Below are positions 63,571 to 64,000 of a DNA stretch of 64,000 nucleotides, one piece after another. Origin of the DNA: Dehalococcoidia bacterium (GTDB taxonomy: Bacteria > Chloroflexota > Dehalococcoidia > Lucifugimonadales > VXLM01); the NCBI GenBank assembly GCA_034423035.1, contig DAOUJF010000025.1, positions 64,349 through 128,348 of the forward strand, written 5' to 3'. How positions within the stretch are numbered: position 1 is the stretch's first letter; every line of letters begins with the position of its first letter. The translations under genes were made by a program, and so were the position numbers. Under the pieces are notes generated by a model that was given only the letters and a program-made list of their open reading frames with translations, did not search any database and was not told the origin of the DNA.

Positions 63571-64000
63571 ATGGTATCGAAGACCCAGTTTGGACACATC
63601 CGCCCGCACGGCCTCGAAGAGGAGATGCGCAGCTCTTACCTGACGTACGCGATGACGGTCATCGTGGGTCGGGCCCTGCCGGACGTCCGGGACGGACTCA
63701 AGCCGGTTCAGCGGCGGATTCTCTACGCGGCGCACGAGATGGGGATGCGACCCAACTCATCTTACCGCAAGAGCGCCAGACTTGTGGGAGACGTGCTGGG
63801 CAAGTACCACCCTCACGGCGAGGGTGCGGTCTACGACGCGATGGTGCGTCTTGCCCAGGAGTTCTCGCTCAGGGTGCCGCTCATTGACGGCCAGGGCAAC
63901 TTCGGGAGCGTGGACAACGACCCTCCCGCGGCGATGCGCTACACGGAAGGCCGGCTGAGCGCGGCCGCGGAGGAGATGCTTGCGAACCTCGACCAGGAGA
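63571..64000 (+). CDS. gyrA: DNA gyrase subunit A, N-terminal part (3' end outside window)
   Basis: My own translation gives [53 protein letters not shown]...[22 protein letters not shown]...[23 protein letters not shown] lies 7 nt upstream. Not in the ORF track because there is no stop in the window. Confidence 0.9.
   Translation, partial: MVSKTQFGHIRPHGLEEEMRSSYLTYAMTVIVGRALPDVRDGLKPVQRRILYAAHEMGMRPNSSYRKSARLVGDVLGKYHPHGEGAVYDAMVRLAQEFSLRVPLIDGQGNFGSVDNDPPAAMRYTEGRLSAAAEEMLANLDQE

Noticed and set aside
1-64000. rRNA, tRNA, tmRNA, RNase P or SRP RNA genes, transposases, and phage structural genes.
   Set aside because: Visual scanning of every intergenic gap over 100 nt found no cloverleaf-compatible sequence (no GTTCGAATC-type T-arm) and no IS or phage hallmark. 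tRNAscan/Infernal should confirm this.

Overview
This 64-kb window is high-GC (roughly 60 % by eye) bacterial chromosomal DNA, densely coding on both strands. All family calls come from motifs I recognise by eye; no database or HMM search was possible. The core genes are partial gyrA, topA, dprA, a Xer recombinase, dnaJ, a RelA/SpoT homologue, hisS, serS, fabI, rnhA, moaC and acs. They are interleaved with many catabolic hydrolase and oxidoreductase genes: amidohydrolases, an amidase, a D-aminoacylase, an M24 peptidase, a DAO-type oxidase, cupins, aldolases and three paralogs of a glycosyl-hydrolase-like family. Intergenic DNA is packed with several families of short GC-rich palindromic (REP-like) repeats. 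Gene content and repeat style remind me of marine or sponge-associated Chloroflexota (SAR202-like), but that is only a hunch. No rRNA, tRNA, CRISPR array, transposase or prophage was seen. The accessory signals worth follow-up are listed here.

- **ATPase plus PIN cassette (10254-12089).** A low-GC two-gene cassette encodes an ABC/OLD-type AAA ATPase with a DUF3696-like C-terminus, tightly coupled to a small PIN-like protein. It is a candidate PARIS/Septu-like defence module with a different nuclease.
- **PD-(D/E)xK gene (13055-13807).** A low-GC nuclease-fold gene is translationally spliced into a catabolic operon about 1 kb from that cassette.
- **Three-copy non-coding element (about 15.9, 43.9 and 62.0 kb).** Each copy has a sigma70-type promoter followed by two blocks of 10-nt-phased decamers (AATGTTAC type, then AATGTCCC type).
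- **Structured repeat.** A sequence of about 110 nt occurs twice, at 1.6 and 62.2 kb.
- **TA/RNase islet (54172-55960).** It holds a NYN-domain protein, hicB-hicA and a degraded extra HicB-like gene. A second hicAB locus lies at 16.2-16.7 kb.
- **REP inside moaC.** A REP repeat has been absorbed into the 5' coding end of moaC.
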